DNA of 64,000 bases. Source: Kondoa subrosea (lineage: Eukaryota). The stretch spans positions 434,001 through 498,000 of the forward strand of contig BCIN01000007.1 of the NCBI GenBank assembly GCA_039545335.1, read 5' to 3'. Shown one piece after another: positions 13,794-28,000 of this stretch (its first letter is position 1; each line of letters opens with the position of its first letter). Below the pieces are notes generated by a model that worked only from the letters and a program-made list of their open reading frames with translations, had not been told where the DNA came from and did no database searches. Position numbers and translations under genes: made by a program.

Positions 13794-14763
13794 TGTGCTT
13801 TGCTCCTATTCCAGAGCTCTGAGGATGAAATGTTTTCCTTCGTTCGAGACTTAGAGCAGTACGGCTAAAATTCGCGGAACAGAGACACGACTCTGTCGCG
13901 ATTAGCGTTGTGATAGTAACCTTAGTAAGCGGGTTGAAGTAATGGTCGCAGTAAGAACAAGAGCAGACCGACAGACGTCAGTGTTGCGACAACTTTGACA
14001 CGCTTCTAATGAGAAATTAGCTAATCCGTCCGTGGCCCCTCGCAGTAAGAAGAAACCTTCGCGTCTTCTTTTCGCCCTCGTGATGCCAATGGAATAAGGG
14101 CTGACCGGACCGTTGAGGGTAACAGTCAAGCAGAGATGTATGTATCAAAATGGATGTACCATCTGGAAAGGAGTTAGCTGAACCTCAGTGGAATGAAATC
14201 GGGCGGTGCGTCTATAAAATCTCTGCCCTTACTTGGAGTAACGCAAGCACTGCTCGGGATTAGGAGTCAGAGCCTTGTCAGAGCGATGCAGAGACAAAAA
14301 CCGCAGATAAACTCTGAGACTGACAGCAAGAAATTGCAGATCATGCGCATGCTCGCTCACCAAAAACTTTTGCTCTGCTCCGTGATATAGAGAGAGACAG
14401 AAGTGTTCCGTCAAATCACTTCCGGACAAAGAGATACGCCATAGCAGTGAAATGAACTGCTGATCGCGAAGTGAAGATCAGATATGGCGATCGATCGGTG
14501 CGGAAGAGAAGGGAAATGGCAGTGGAGCGAAGAAAGCATGCAACGTATCAGCAGTAAATGCACAACCCAATATTTCAAGAGCCAAGGGTTGCCAATTTCC
14601 AGATTGATTGATCTATCGAATGTTTTCTGTTAGCATTCTTCGATTGACCCGGATTCCGAGCAGCTTGCGCTCAAAGTGGTCGACGGAGCACCATCCAAGA
14701 TGAGAGATCTTGCAGTAGGGAGCGAGACTTGCGAGGCCGGCTCTGGTTAAGCTAGTACTTTCG

Positions 14764-17700
14764 CTAATAATCGCTAAAATCTTGCTCGCTGCCATCGTGA
14801 TCTTCATCGAAGCTTCCTTCGTCGCTATCAGATTCGCTATATTGAGCATCGGCAGTCTTCTCTTCCGGAGCTGCGAGGCCACCCGAATCGGTCTGAAGCT
14901 TCCATAGTCGTGCATAAGCTTTACTCGAAATCAGTGTGCATCTACTCAGCGGGACGCATTACTCACTTCCGTTTGCCGCCATGAGCGATTCATGGGTTCC
15001 TTCCTCTTTGACTGTTCCTTCTTCCATGAATAGAATGAGATCAGCGTTATCGGTTATGCCTTTCCATCGATGTGAAATATAAACAATGGTCTTCTTGCCC
15101 TTGATGGCAGCGATTTCCTTTTCATTCCGCGGCATGGGTAAGCGAAGCAATGGCGGCTTGACGATTTGCTAACCTTGAAGAGAAGATGCTCTGCATCCGG
15201 ATCCAATGACGAGGCGGGTTCGTCAAAGATACACAATTGACTTTCTTTGGCAAAAGCACGAGCTAGAACGATCTTTTGCATTTCCCCTCCAGAGAATTTC
15301 GAACCCTTCTTATGTTCGTGAGCGAGAAGTTTAGTAAGCGCAGAGCACGACTCGGATTGAGACGTATCCAAGCTTTCAGGAATGAGTGAACGATCTCTCG
15401 CTGTGAGCGCCTTGCCTCTTTCGTCAATAATTGTAATGCGATCGCGAGCTGTAGGGTTTCGTAGTGAATCAGTCTCTGTCCAATTACTTTTCTTTTCCAA
15501 GGCCGGCGCAGTGCACGAGCTGGAAGAGTTTAAGTACAGCGTTACAATAGCGATGCCGAACTCACTCATATCCGAGTTCCAGATTTTCAATAAAGGTTCT
15601 AGCTCCAGCCGAAGCTGCTGCTCGACGGACAACATTGTCATTGTCGCTATCTGCAAAGGCAATGTTCTCTCTGATGCAGAACAGAGTTAAACATTGATAA
15701 GAAAATATTTGTGTCAGAATGACTAACTTCAGAGGTATTCTGTACTCGACATCAATTTGAGCCGTTTGCAAACACGAGATAGACTTACTCAAAGAGTTCT
15801 GAAGATTGAGGCAGAACCGATATGCAGCTCGCCAAATCCCGTCTGTTTAGCTCCTTGATGTTGACGCCGTTGATGAGGACCTGGCCTTCTTGCACATCGT
15901 ACGCGCGACTGAGAACAGAAATCAAGGAAGATTTGCCTGCTCCGTTACTGCGAGAAGCAAATGAAACTCTGGAAACCGAAGCATGAAATGTGTATACTAT
16001 CCAACTACAGCACTATTGATCGACGTTAGCAAGCTACCAATCTCAAAAGAAGATGACATACACCAGGGCTCCAGCTGGGAGGGTGAAAGAAAGGTTTCGC
16101 AAAACTGGCTGATTCTTATTCTCTTGTCCAGGATAGGTAAAAGACACCTGAAGTGAGTTTAGCATAAGACTGGAAAGGAATAGTCGCAGGATAGTACTGA
16201 CGTTCTGCACATCCACTCTCAATCCAGCAGAATGGGTGTCCAGCGTCGGCAAAACCTTAGCTCCCACTTCTCGATGTGCGCATTCTTCAGACAGTTTAAT
16301 ATAATCTTGAAGCGCTTTGAATTGCCGGAGTTGTCGGTCAAGCCGTTCATGCAATTCTCTCAAGCGCCAGATGTCTTCGGAGAAACTATCGCTAGCAGAT
16401 TGAATCACAGCGAAAGTTCCAGCATCCAGAACCATCTTCCCATGCCGAGCAAAAGCGACGAGCAGAACCTAATATCAAGCGTAAGACTGATTTTGAAGAT
16501 CTAAATGTTCATGCATTACGAGCTGTACGAGAGGTCGAATGGCTGTTTAGACTGGATGAGCTGCATGGCTATTCGACACATTTCATGCGCACCTGACAAA
16601 TACGACTGCTGGGAACGGGATTTGGCTTGATCAAGTCCGATACGGGTTGATGCAACTGAGGGCGAGATTGCCGTTGCCGCCTTCTGATATTCATCCCTGA
16701 TATAAGGCGCAATTCCTAGCATCTGAACATCTTTTGCTGTGCGAGCGCTCGAAGCGATGTTCATAAGACGGTGCATGCGAACCAAGATCTAGATAGAGAA
16801 TCGCACCGAATTGGAAATGAGAAACTACATGGATCTCCAAGGCTTACAGGATTGCTAATACTGGTCACGGTCGATGCATAGCGCCAATCTCTGCCATTAA
16901 AAAGCTCAAAAATAACATCTTCCATTGGCCAATAGATTGCGAGGGAGATAATGAGTCCTATAGCGCCAGGGGGAATCACGAAGAGAATCGCAACCACTCT
17001 CAGACTAGCAAATATTGAGATCTTCTGCCGAACGGAAAGCGACAAACACGTACGGAAAGGAAAGCCAGTCCGCTATCAGTCTGAAGATGGTATCGGGCAA
17101 CAGATCATCGCCATGAGCACTCGATTCTACTGATAGTTTACGAGCTTCCTTGATGAGATCTTTCGTTGTTTCTTGCTCCCTAATCCAGTCAAAAATGCTC
17201 AATATAGGCTGGCAAGAATGTCACACTACTTACCTGTTTTCGAGCGGAACCGACGCAGACGCACTCAGAATAGATTTATTGATGGCGATGTTGTAAAGTA
17301 ATCGAAATCGGGCCGTATAGAAAACAAGTTTAGTTGACAGAATCTACAGCAGATTATTGATATGTTGGTAACAAACAAAACAATATCCGTACCTTCTTCA
17401 ATGTCGCCGCTACTAGCCAAAGTATAGTGCACAAAGCAACGGGTCTAAGAGGTACCGTGTTCTTCATGACAAAATCTTGAGTCTGCGCGAAGAGTGTAAG
17501 TCATATCAAAGATGTGCCAAGGTAGACCTACAATCATCACCATTCGAGTCTTCAACCAGGTCTCAAGCACAGCATAGAGCATGTTCAGCAATCTTTGTGC
17601 TGCAACAGCGAGTAACAAGAGTGGTTCCTGCCTGTATACTTGACTCATGATGATACGGACAGTGAGGATCAATTCGAGTCTGGCGTTTATCCACTGTTGC

Positions 17701-17907
17701 ACTTGAGTGATGATACCCTTGAGTGTCCATCGTCTTAATTTGATGTGCTTAGTAATCCTTTAAAACAAATCGGTATTGCTATACCAATGCCTTCAAAGTA
17801 GAAAATCGAGCTGCTAACCTTTCAGCACCATCATCTGAATCCCGGATAAGCCAGTAAGTGAGCTCAGAACCTCTGAGCTTTTTTTTGCTTGGTTTCGATG
17901 AATTCAT
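14764..17907 (-). CDS. Half-size ABC transporter (TMD-NBD), paralog A
   Basis: Spliced motifs GYNGAGKS, LPQ, FSGGEMQK, CIFDEPASSLD, ISHR and TYARLWKLQ. Hydrophobic N-terminal half and an acidic C-terminal tail. Confidence 0.9.
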
Positions 17908-18505
17908 ATCTGTCTATGACACTTGCAAAGATCGATAACCGATAGCACGAAATAGAGAACCAGAAGTGCAGAAGAAAAAGGGTGAAATATGACTCGAAAC
18001 GTGACAAAATTCCGGGTATCTTTATTTTTAATGCAGGCGATGCCATCGTATCCGCAACAAGAAACGGTCATGAACGGGCTGTGCTGGCCAATAGGCGACC
18101 GGGAGATAGGTGGACGATTTCGTCATACAAGAGTTTCAGCTGTTAGTCGTTCTAGACTACCGTTCGAGGAGAACTCAAGTCTCGAAAACTTGTATGCGGT
18201 AAAGTACTGCCGAGAGCTACGACGCAGAGGAGGAGAGCTGTAGCAGACTGGTTCGGGATTGTTGCAGTCACTGAAGACAGGGAGCAGTAATACAATCAGG
18301 TAACGATCACTCTTCGCTGTCTAAGCATAAGAGGAGAAAACCCTCTTCTAGCCTACTCCGCCGCTGTTCTGTTTCTATGGTCCAATGAGGCCTGCTGGCA
18401 TAGATCCCAAGGAAGAATCCGACCACTCTCTTTGTTCGCGATGAACAGTTCCGAAATTGACTTCAATTTGTGTTGCTTGAAATCTGTAATTTTTTTCGCT
18501 GTTGT

Positions 18506-19839
18506 TCATCGCACTACGCGTTCATGTATCTTGAGTAAATCAGCCACGCAGCCCATTGCTGTAACAGCTGAACCAGCTCCAGCGCCTTGAATGATCAGCG
18601 GACTTGGGTAGCGTTTTGTGAGGAAGGACAGGATACAATCTGATCCAGATAGCGAAGCGGCGAAAGGATGAGCGAAGGGATATCTGTTAACGTACGTTGT
18701 TAACATTCTAGTCCAAAAGTCAGAACGAAACCGAACTGACTTTTCTAGACCCGCTTTCAATTTTCCAGCTTTCACATCCACTAAACCGACATATCTCAAC
18801 ACCATTCCTTCCTCAAATGCTTCCGCTCTTAGTTTCTCGAAATAATCATCGAATTCAGGTAAACGAGCCATGAATTCTTTTCCATCAGTGACGGATTCCA
18901 GTTCTTTCGGTACGAGAGATTGAGTAGGAACAGAAGCGAATCCTTCTGGTAAGGCAGGTAATGAAGGAGAACCGATTAATCGCGCTAGAATGCAGAGTTT
19001 CCTTGCTACATCTGAACCGTTCAGATCGTCCGCTGGATTGGGTTCCTGCATTACCAAACTCGTCAGGTTATACATAGCTGAGGAAAACAATCGGTCACGC
19101 ACTGTGAAACCAGCTTCTTGCGCAATCTTGACCACTTCCGAGAATTTAGGCGCAGGTGTTTTATCGCTCGGTTTCGAGAACTCGTTAAAGACATAACTGA
19201 AAGTACCGGACACGACTCCTTCGGCTTTGTAGATCTCATCACCCGTGTCCACCAAATCCTTCAATGGTCCAATAACGGGTAAGCCAGCGCCAACTGTTGA
19301 TTCTTGATACACCAACGCTTTGCCAGACTTCTTCGCAGATAATATCTCACCGTAGAGTGATTGAGAACCAGAGAAAGCTTTCTTGTTGGGTGTAACGATA
19401 TGAACACCAGCTTTGAGTAAAGTTGGGTACTGAGCTGCGATAGAATTATCCGAGGTACAATCCACGACAACGGATGGAATATCTTTCTCCCCTTCTGCTC
19501 TGGCTTTGAGTGTCTCGACTAGCTCTTCTACTGTCCAACGGGAAACAATAGCTGAAGTCTTTGCATCTTGAGTCCATTTATCTGCAGTGTCGGTTGAAGA
19601 AGAAGGTGGTAGGAAAGATAATAGATCAGAAGCTGAAGCTGCCGCCGAGCCTAGCGGCACTGTAACTTGATACTTAGAGTTTGTGATCAAGTCAATACGA
19701 AATTTGGATGCCAACGTAGGCAACGAGAGTTGAGCGGCTACTTCTTTGCCTACAAGACCAGCGCCGACTGTGGAAAGGTATGAGCTTGTGCGTTGGCCTG
19801 ACCAGCGACGAGCTTACCGAGTGCAACGCTAACAGACAT
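18506..19839 (-). CDS. HOM6: Homoserine dehydrogenase
   Basis: VGAGLVG nucleotide-binding motif after the first intron, VVVDCTS, HIVTPNKK, ESTVGAGLP, EPNPADDLNGSDVARK and IQGAGAG..VTA. Confidence 0.96.
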
Positions 19840-20239
19840 TTTTCGAAATATGGTGGTCTTCCGTTAACAAGCACTCTAAATTGTCATCAAGAGGCAACAC
19901 TATGAAGCTATGACGCTTTGGCATTATGTCCATTGCTGAATCCAATCCAAAACCCCGCGTGCGATAAGCAGCCTTAGATGGAGGTTGCGTTTGCTTTCGC
20001 TTTGTCTTCTATCCTTCATGCAGTGCTAGGTCGGGTAATCAGACCCATAAGCTCTGTCATAAACGCAGTGTCACCTCGCTCAACAACAACAGCACAGCCA
20101 GTAGTCCTTTATGTATCGCTCATCTTTGTCATTGCCTTCTTTCCCTTCGCTCTTTCTTTTTTACATCATCTTTTCTCTCGAGTCGCGTTTCCTCTTTGCT
20201 TTTGCGATCTGCTGCCTATTGGTTTAAGGCAAGCCAAAC

Positions 20240-23200
20240 ATGAACTTAAGCAAAGAGAAGAAGACCGATCCCAAATCATCCGATCTGACATACTGGCTGA
20301 TCCGTGACACCGACGATGGTGCTGAGAGGTAAGTTTTCGCGCTGATTGTTACTGCGAAACGCTGAAGCAGATAAAGAATCACGAAACATCAGAAGATCAC
20401 TACTTGGACTCTTCAGGGACTGCGGAAACAAGCCGAAGACTGGTTCAGCTCCCAATCTGAATTCTTAGTCACCGTCAGCATTATCATGGGTCAAGTCTAT
20501 AAGCAGGAACCGCTCCTGTTACTCGCTATTGCAGCAGCAAGAATCATCGATATGCTCTACAATGTCTTGAAAACTTGGTGTCAGACTCGGATGGTTATGA
20601 TGGTTAGCTAATCTTCGATCTTGTCGAGATATGTTAACTGATTTTCTGGTCAGACCCAAGAATTTGTCACCGAAAACTCCTTGCCATTCCGCCCTATTCT
20701 ACTTTGTACATTGCTATGGGTGTTAGGTGCGATCATGAAGAAGGTATGTCACTTGGTATATTTGAGCAATGGTTTTGACGGTTCTAGCAGGTTTTATCAA
20801 CCAAACTTGTGTTTTACTCTGCCCGCTTTCGCCTTCTATACAAGTACGTTAAGAAGCCCTTGAGTTGCACGTACATACACTCGTGTCTGAGCATCTTTAC
20901 TACCGCAGTATCGCAATAAATAAGTCCATTCTCGCTGCAAGCGCGGACATTCCGCTAGAAATGAGGTAAGTTGGTCAATGCTCATCTACATCTTTGTCCA
21001 CTTACTAACAACTATCTAATGGCAAATAGAGAGAAGGAATCCACAAAAGACCTGCTCAAAGAAGCTCGCAAGCTTTCGATTGAATCAAATGGCGTCAACG
21101 ACGCATTGTTACCTGACACCATTTTTACACTAGCGACAGACTGGCTTGCGCTCCCGTGAATTGCTGATCCACACGATTGGGCTTAGAGGCTGACTTTTTG
21201 ATAGTTTGCGCGTACTTGCCATTTTGGCTGTTGTACCATGTAGCTCGTTAGGGCTGATACTCTGTCTTACGGTCTGGTGGCCGCTTGAAGACATTGTGTC
21301 CGAGCTCTTCAGCGGCAAAGACTGGCGATTCACTTCTACTGTAACAAGCATCTCTAATCCCGTAAGTCTCATGTTCATTTGCTCTTGCCGGGCTCAGCTG
21401 AGATTGCTTTCTTTTAGACGCTCGTTCGTATGCATCGGTTGATGAACATCGCTTCGGAATCAGAGACTGCCAAAGATGTGCAAATGTTGGGTATCTCTCA
21501 TTGGCTGAAGGATGAATATCAAAAGGCTGCAAGTACAATCTCAGACACCGTAGCGTCCACTCGTGTTGGTCTCGATCAAGTTAGATCGCGCTCGCAACAG
21601 GCATACATGACGGGTATGCTTCAAATAACGCGTGTCTCATAACGCTTAACCAGAGAATAGCCATCCGACCGCTCGTTCAATTGGTAAATGCTTTGATCCA
21701 AAAGTCTGTATAAAGCTGATAAATCCCAAGGCGGTTTTAGTTGTCTTTGCACGCTCAGGCAACGTAATTTTAGATGCAGGGATATATGCTGTGGTACAGT
21801 CGGCCAGCGACAGCTTCGCGAATGATCTTTTTGGCCTGAAACACACCGGCGAAACTCTCAACAACCAGCTTCGTCAATTCAAAGCGCTTCAAGATTATAT
21901 CAAACTCGCCGATATCTGTGCACAAGAGCAATTCACGGCCGAGGCTTTGCCCTTATCGAGAGAAACCTCATTCGGATTAACAATTAATGTCAGGAACGTA
22001 AGTATAATCTCTCACTGAAGCGTATCATCGTCCACAAAACTGACACACATTGTTAAGGTATTCTTCACATATCCTGAGCAGGAGAAGAAGGATCAACCAG
22101 TTTTACGAAATCTCTCTTTTACCCTTCCCTCTGGCGCGCTCGTGTATGTTGCGGTTGTGCTTTGTAATGAGCACCGCTCTGATATCATGCGATAGTGCTG
22201 TTGTTGGCTAGTAGGCTCATTAGACCACTTTGAAGTCCTCTCTTGACTTGCCTTGCAGCAACGGCGCAGGGAAATCGTCCCTGATTTCCGTTCTTTCTCG
22301 AGCATACGATGTCCAAGAAGGCGAAGTCCTCATCAACGGTGTGAACATACAAGATTTGAACAGGAAAGAACTAGCACAGTCAATGTCAGTCTTACCACAA
22401 TCTTCCAAGCTATTCGAGTATGTTTCTTCTTGTTTACACTCTTGTTCTACTCTGACTCTATCTTAAGCTTACCTTTGAAGTAAGTCACCAATATTGCCGG
22501 GTTCCCCGAGGCATACTGACTGACATTTTTATGGCTACAGAGAAAACATCGGTTTTGAAGACAGCGACAATGACAATGTAGTCAGAAGAGCAGCGTCTTC
22601 AGCAGGAGCTAGAGGTTTCATCGAGAAACGTGATCTTGGATATGAGTACGTTGCGAAGATTGATCGATTGCCTAGGTCCACAAGCTAAAGACATATTGTT
22701 CGAACGCAGTTCATGCACCGCACCAGCTCTCGAAAAGAGCAGTAATTACACCTATCGTAATGCGCTACGAACACCTACCGCTCTAGATTGCATTAAAATC
22801 ATTGACGACAAAGGCAAACCGGTCACAGCACAGGACCGATCTCTCATTCCTGAAAACTTAGATACTACTCAAGATGGAACTCGGTCGACTCTTACAAAGC
22901 TCTTGTCTCACGAACATAAGAAGGGCTCCAAGTTTTCCGGCGGAGAAATGCAGAAGATTGTTCTCGCTCGAGCTTTCGCGAAAGAAAGTCAATTGTGCAT
23001 CTTTGACGAGCCTGCCTCGGCATTGGACCCAGATGCGGAACATCTCTTATTCAAGGTACGCACACCTACAACTTGTTCGCTTGCTTCGATACTCATATTA
23101 CCTCTAAACAGGAAATTGCTGCTATGAAGGGCAAGAAGACTGTCGTCTACATCTCTCACCGATGGAAAGGCATCACAGACAATGCTGATCTTGTCTTGTT

Positions 23201-23434
23201 GATGGAGGAAGGGACTGTAAAAGAGGAGGGAACTCACAAAACTCTCATGGCAGCTAACGGAAGTAAGTCATTCTCTCATACTCCCTTACACATGGCTGAA
23301 TGGAAACAGCTTATGCACGCTTATGGAGACTTCAGACTGAATCGGGAGGCTTAACGTTGACAAAAGATGAGGAGGAATTGCATAAGTCCAATAAGCCTCA
23401 AGCAGAAGTGATGATGGGCACACGAGCAGCTTGA
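20240..23434 (+). CDS. Half-size ABC transporter (TMD-NBD), paralog B
   Basis: Same motif set (GYNGAGKS, FSGGEMQK, CIFDEPASALD, ISHR, TYARLWRLQ) and matching intron positions as paralog A. Both share the N-terminal LTYWLIRD.DDGAER. Confidence 0.9.
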
Positions 23435-23711
23435 TACAGCCTTATAAAATCTTGAAGAAATAATATGCCTTACCTGGCCATAGACATAGATGCGATTTGC
23501 AATCTCTTCCTCGATGTCAGAGAGCCAAAATGCGAGAGTCTGGTCGGCTGTTTTCAGCCTGCTGGTAGCCGCGAAGAAAAATGCCCGACCTGCTGCAATC
23601 GCTCCGTCCGAGTCGATTCCCTTCGTCCGCTTTCTAGCATTGGTTTATTTGCATCAGCTTTCCTATAGCCTAAACCCTTCTTCTGTCTCTGAAATCGTCC
23701 TTCAGCTACTT

Positions 23712-24746
23712 CTATTCCTCTTCTTCTGCTTCTCTTCTTCTGATCTCTTCAGCCATCCTTTCTCTCTCAGCTTGCCTATCCGATTCTCGATTTCTCATCT
23801 TTTCTAGAATCGATGCCTCGTCAGCAGCAGTCTATAACTCACTGTGAGCTTCCTATCAAGAGTATGTGCAAGTTGAAAACTCACTGAAACAGGTTTCCTT
23901 ACTTCTTCCACTTTTGATTTGGGTGTTTGATGTTCTTTAGCAACAGTTTGAGGAGGTTGACCAGCAGCCCAAGTGACTGTGACTCCGCTGAGAAGTTTCT
24001 CTGCTATAGTAGTACATTTCACTGCGTTGGACATGGATGTGAAAGAAACGACAGCTGTATGATTCTTCTTGTTTTGAGGTGCAGAGTATAAAAGCGTATC
24101 AACTGGACCAACGAAAGATTCCAAGTATGATTTCAGTGAAGCAGAAGAAGAAAGGGAAGGTGATGCGATAGAAAGTTTAGCAGACCAACGGAATTTCAAG
24201 GTAGTAGCTAACGGATCCAAAGCTACACTTGCTTCTTGCTGCGCTTTAGCTTGAGCTTGCAATTTAGCTGATTCCTTTTCTTTCGCTTCACGCAGTAATC
24301 TCGATTCTTCCTTTAACCTCAAGATCTGCTCTTGCCTTGATCGTTCGCTATGGTATTCATCTTCTCTTTGTTTCTTGAACGCACTTTCCTGCTCTTCCAA
24401 ATCCTGCATCTGATTCTTCCGCTTCTTGTTCAAGCCATCAAATCGGTCAGCTTTCGCTCTAGCCAAATTAGCTTCCGCGTCGTATTTCGCTCTCAAAGCA
24501 GGATCTTTGAGTAATTCGTGAGCTGAGAACAAAGCATGAAAGAGAGTTGCTGCTTCTGGGTTATCTGGATTCCTGTAACATAGCATTCAGATGCTCATTC
24601 TTATATGTCCGTGAACAACAAGAGTAAACCAACCTATCAGGATGTACTTTGAGGGATTTCTTGCGATAGGCTGTTGTTATCTCTTGTGTAGAGGCACCTT
24701 GAGCTATTCCAAGGAGTGCATAAAGATCAGCTGGCGGTGCCGACAT
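23712..24746 (-). CDS. CWC23: J-domain protein with RRM-like region (Cwc23/DNAJC17-like splicing factor)
   Basis: DLYALLGI...AYRKKSLKVHPDR|NPDNPEAA J-domain with HPD, then a coiled coil, a degenerate RRM (TLKFRW...AVVSF) and a C-terminal ILEKMR..ERERMAEEIR. Confidence 0.8.
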
Positions 24747-25097
24747 GTTCGCAGAGGTAATAGATTAAGACAGAGGCGAGAAACCAAGCAATTTGGAAGA
24801 CAGGCTATTGACTGCTAATAGTAATGCTTGAAAGGTGCTTTCTGCCGATCTGGTGCGGGATGGCTAGGTATAGTCCTTGAAATGGGTAGAAGCGGTCGAG
24901 TCGTCGCAAGTGGTCAGAAGGCAGAATGAATATTGTCAATTGCCAAGTATCGGACACTCAGGCGGAAGAAAGTGACAAACAAAGCGTCTCGCATGTAAGA
25001 AGACAAAGGCACCTCGTATCAAAATTCGACTGCCTGAAATGAAATGCAATGCTATGCTATGCGATATGAACAGATAAGCAGACGATGTTGCGAAACA

Positions 25098-28000
25098 TTA
25101 CACTTCACTAGATATCCGATTAGCAGCAGCACCTTCGGGTACATCCTGATGAGAAACATCGTCAGTGTCTTTCATAATTCGCCAACGAAACATCTTACTT
25201 CTTGCTCCCATTCCTCTCCAGGTGGGGGTCTACTTACGTCCACGTGCCCCTCTTGATCCATAGTAGCTCCTTCAGTAGATACATCAATACCCAAAGATCG
25301 AATATGCTCTTCTTCAGCTTTGCCAATACCCAAAGTGTCATCTGGGATCCAAATTGTTTCTTGAGGTTTCCAAGAAGCAGGTTGATCGAAGCCATGTTCT
25401 TGCACAATCAAACCACGTTGCTCTTCTGCTGTTACTTCTCGTCGTGAAGCTGAACCATTGATGTTTTGACGAGTTGAGGAACGAGTAGGTTGAAGCTCTA
25501 TGACTTGCGATCCGTTGACAGAGGTAGGCATATCCACCTCGACTTCTTCTTCTTCAGACCCTGTATCATCATCAGCAGATCAGTCTCTTTGATATCATGA
25601 CTTCGGAAAAATATCACATACCAGAGTTTCTGCGTCTAATGAGGCCTTTGATCTTCTTGACAGGAGCAGCAGCTTTTCTAGCAGCTTCCTTCGCTTGCTT
25701 TTCGAGGACAAGCAAATCGTTTCGGGCTGAAGCAGACATACTAGATCCACTTCGCGAAGCTTCGTCTACTGTGATACCGAGATCCATTGGTAGATTGCGC
25801 ACTAATGGTCCGTAGCCAGATTTGATGGATCTATGCGATATCGTCAGCAATAAACGAGCCTCAAGGCAGTAGAGAACTAACAGATGGTAGAACAACGTTG
25901 TGACCAGAAGAATAATCTACTGATGATGTCAGCTCAATACAGAAGCCGCAGATCCAGAACAGACCATCAGAATAGCTTGAGGCAGACATGACACGTCTCC
26001 TTGAGCGTTTCTAGCCAAGAAGAACTATAGGCCATGCCTTCAGCTAATGTTCTCGGCTTGTCTACAAAGTACCCACAAGACCAATCAAGCAGAGTTCTTC
26101 GATGTAGAGACCTGCATTGTACTTTACTTAATTAATTGAGAAACAACATTTCTGAGCAAGACACATGCCGACGAAGATATGATCAATAGCTGCCAGACAG
26201 TCAGACAAGGAGCTATGTACGAGAGATCAACATACCTATTGGAAAGAAGAGACCGCCAGTTTCGCCGACAGAAGGGAAATCCAAAACCCAGATCAACCTA
26301 TAAAAGATTAGTATGTAGACTCGCTTTAGCATTCCAACTCACAGATATTTGTAGGCAAATGCGAAGAGCGCAAATGTGAGAACGGCAAAACCATTGATCA
26401 GAGGAGCAATGATGCTGTACGCGAGTCCAATAACGGTTCTAAGCGCATTGAATTAGCTTGAAAAACAACATATGCATATCGGCGCACAGCAGAGTCATCT
26501 GTCCAGATCTACATTAGCTTTGAACAGGATCTAAGGTGGTGAATACGTACATTTGGGAAGACGGTACCGAAAGCCAGATTTTGCATTTTGAACTTCAGTC
26601 CAAAAGTTTTGCGAGGTGTAGAGGCCAGCAAGAACATGAAAACGTAGTAGAGGATCAAGGTAAAGATTGATAAAAACGCTCCTGCTGCACCACTTAGACC
26701 AGTAGTGACGAAATACCTGTACGGGAAGTCTGATCAAAACTGCAACAAAGCAGAAAAGACGAGCATTCGCGCACGTCAAGAAGAAGTTGCTAGCCAGTGG
26801 AAGATTCTCTGCTAGAATATTGACAGTACTGCCAGGATTTGCAGCGATTTTCGGAATAGCTGCAACGAGACCGCTAGCCAGAGTGCAAACTAAGAAACCT
26901 TGAATGACAAGAAAGACGAAGCTTTTCGATCATATCAGCCCGCGTACAACAGAAGCGCAATCGACAAACTATCGTTTCATGAGCGACACCTCGACCAAAG
27001 AGCGAAGAGGTATGCCTTCAAATTTGGCGAGCACTATATATAATCCCATAAGTTTGGCTTGACTGCGCATAATCCCAACATACATCGCAAAACAATCGGT
27101 AAGATCAAGAAGAGCAGGGCCAAAGCGGCTGGCGGCAAGACACTAATGCGGTGATCAGCTCAAAAAGAGATAGCCCAAAATTCAGAAGCATCTTACCCTT
27201 GCAGAATGCCCTGAATGAAACAAGCAATCAGCATGACTTTTGCTACAGAAGCAAACAAATGCTTACATTCAGAGGAACAGGCAAACCGCAGAGCCAATTT
27301 AGCCAAGGGACTTCAATGCACAACTGATTGACGTTGGAAATCAGACCGACGAAGGAGACTAATTGGCACTTCTGAGTTCGAGGCGCAATGCAATATTCTG
27401 GACATACCGGGGAAAGTCCATAGAATGATCAGTCCAAGTGTCAAGCCCCAGCTGATTACGTATCGGATCTTGGCTTGGAAAGGATTAATACCAAGGTTAG
27501 CGAAGATGACCTGTAGTGCTGCATGTCAGATAGCTTATGTAATTGAAGGCACGTGAGGCTAACATCGTCTGGACCAACTTCAATATATCTCTGCGCCATT
27601 CTCAGGGGCAAATGATGTATAGTAGCTTGTTGGAAAATGTGCCTACGAACGACAGTCAGCAGGACTATCAAAAATCGATGCAAACTCACGCTGCGATTTG
27701 CGAATGAAACTCAATGAAAGCACTTCCTTCGGCAGGCAAATGTCCCATCTTCGCTCTTGCTGCAGCCAGCTGTTCGTTGAGGGTGACTAGTTCTTGTTTT
27801 GCCCATTCTATCGAATCGACTTTCTTGCCTCTGAAGGGAATCATTGACCCAACTCTTCTAGTTGGTCTATCTTTCTTAGCAACCAAGTCTTGCAATCCAG
27901 TAAGATTCCTTTTTTCCGCATCAAATCCAGCAGGTCGATCGGTACTTTCTGTCAATTCATTCGAATCCGATCCTTTACTGGTTCTCAATTTCTTGTTGTT

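Noticed and set aside
13873..13900. Imperfect inverted repeat upstream of the Sch9-like gene
   Set aside because: Too short to distinguish from chance.
14613..14915. ORF MHDYGSFRPIR... as the C-terminus of ABC paralog A (likewise MHAYGDFR in paralog B)
   Set aside because: Wrong frame. The intron phase gives the canonical TYARLW.LQ ending, with stops at 14764 and 23434.
18506..19839. HOM6 as a self-resistance gene in a toxin cluster with the ABC exporters
   Set aside because: No biosynthetic backbone genes are nearby and the protein looks like an ordinary housekeeping copy.
21617..21760. Apparently polar or missing fifth transmembrane helix in the ABC pair
   Set aside because: Correct splicing gives AIRPLVQL|AVLVVFA, a normal hydrophobic helix, in both paralogs.
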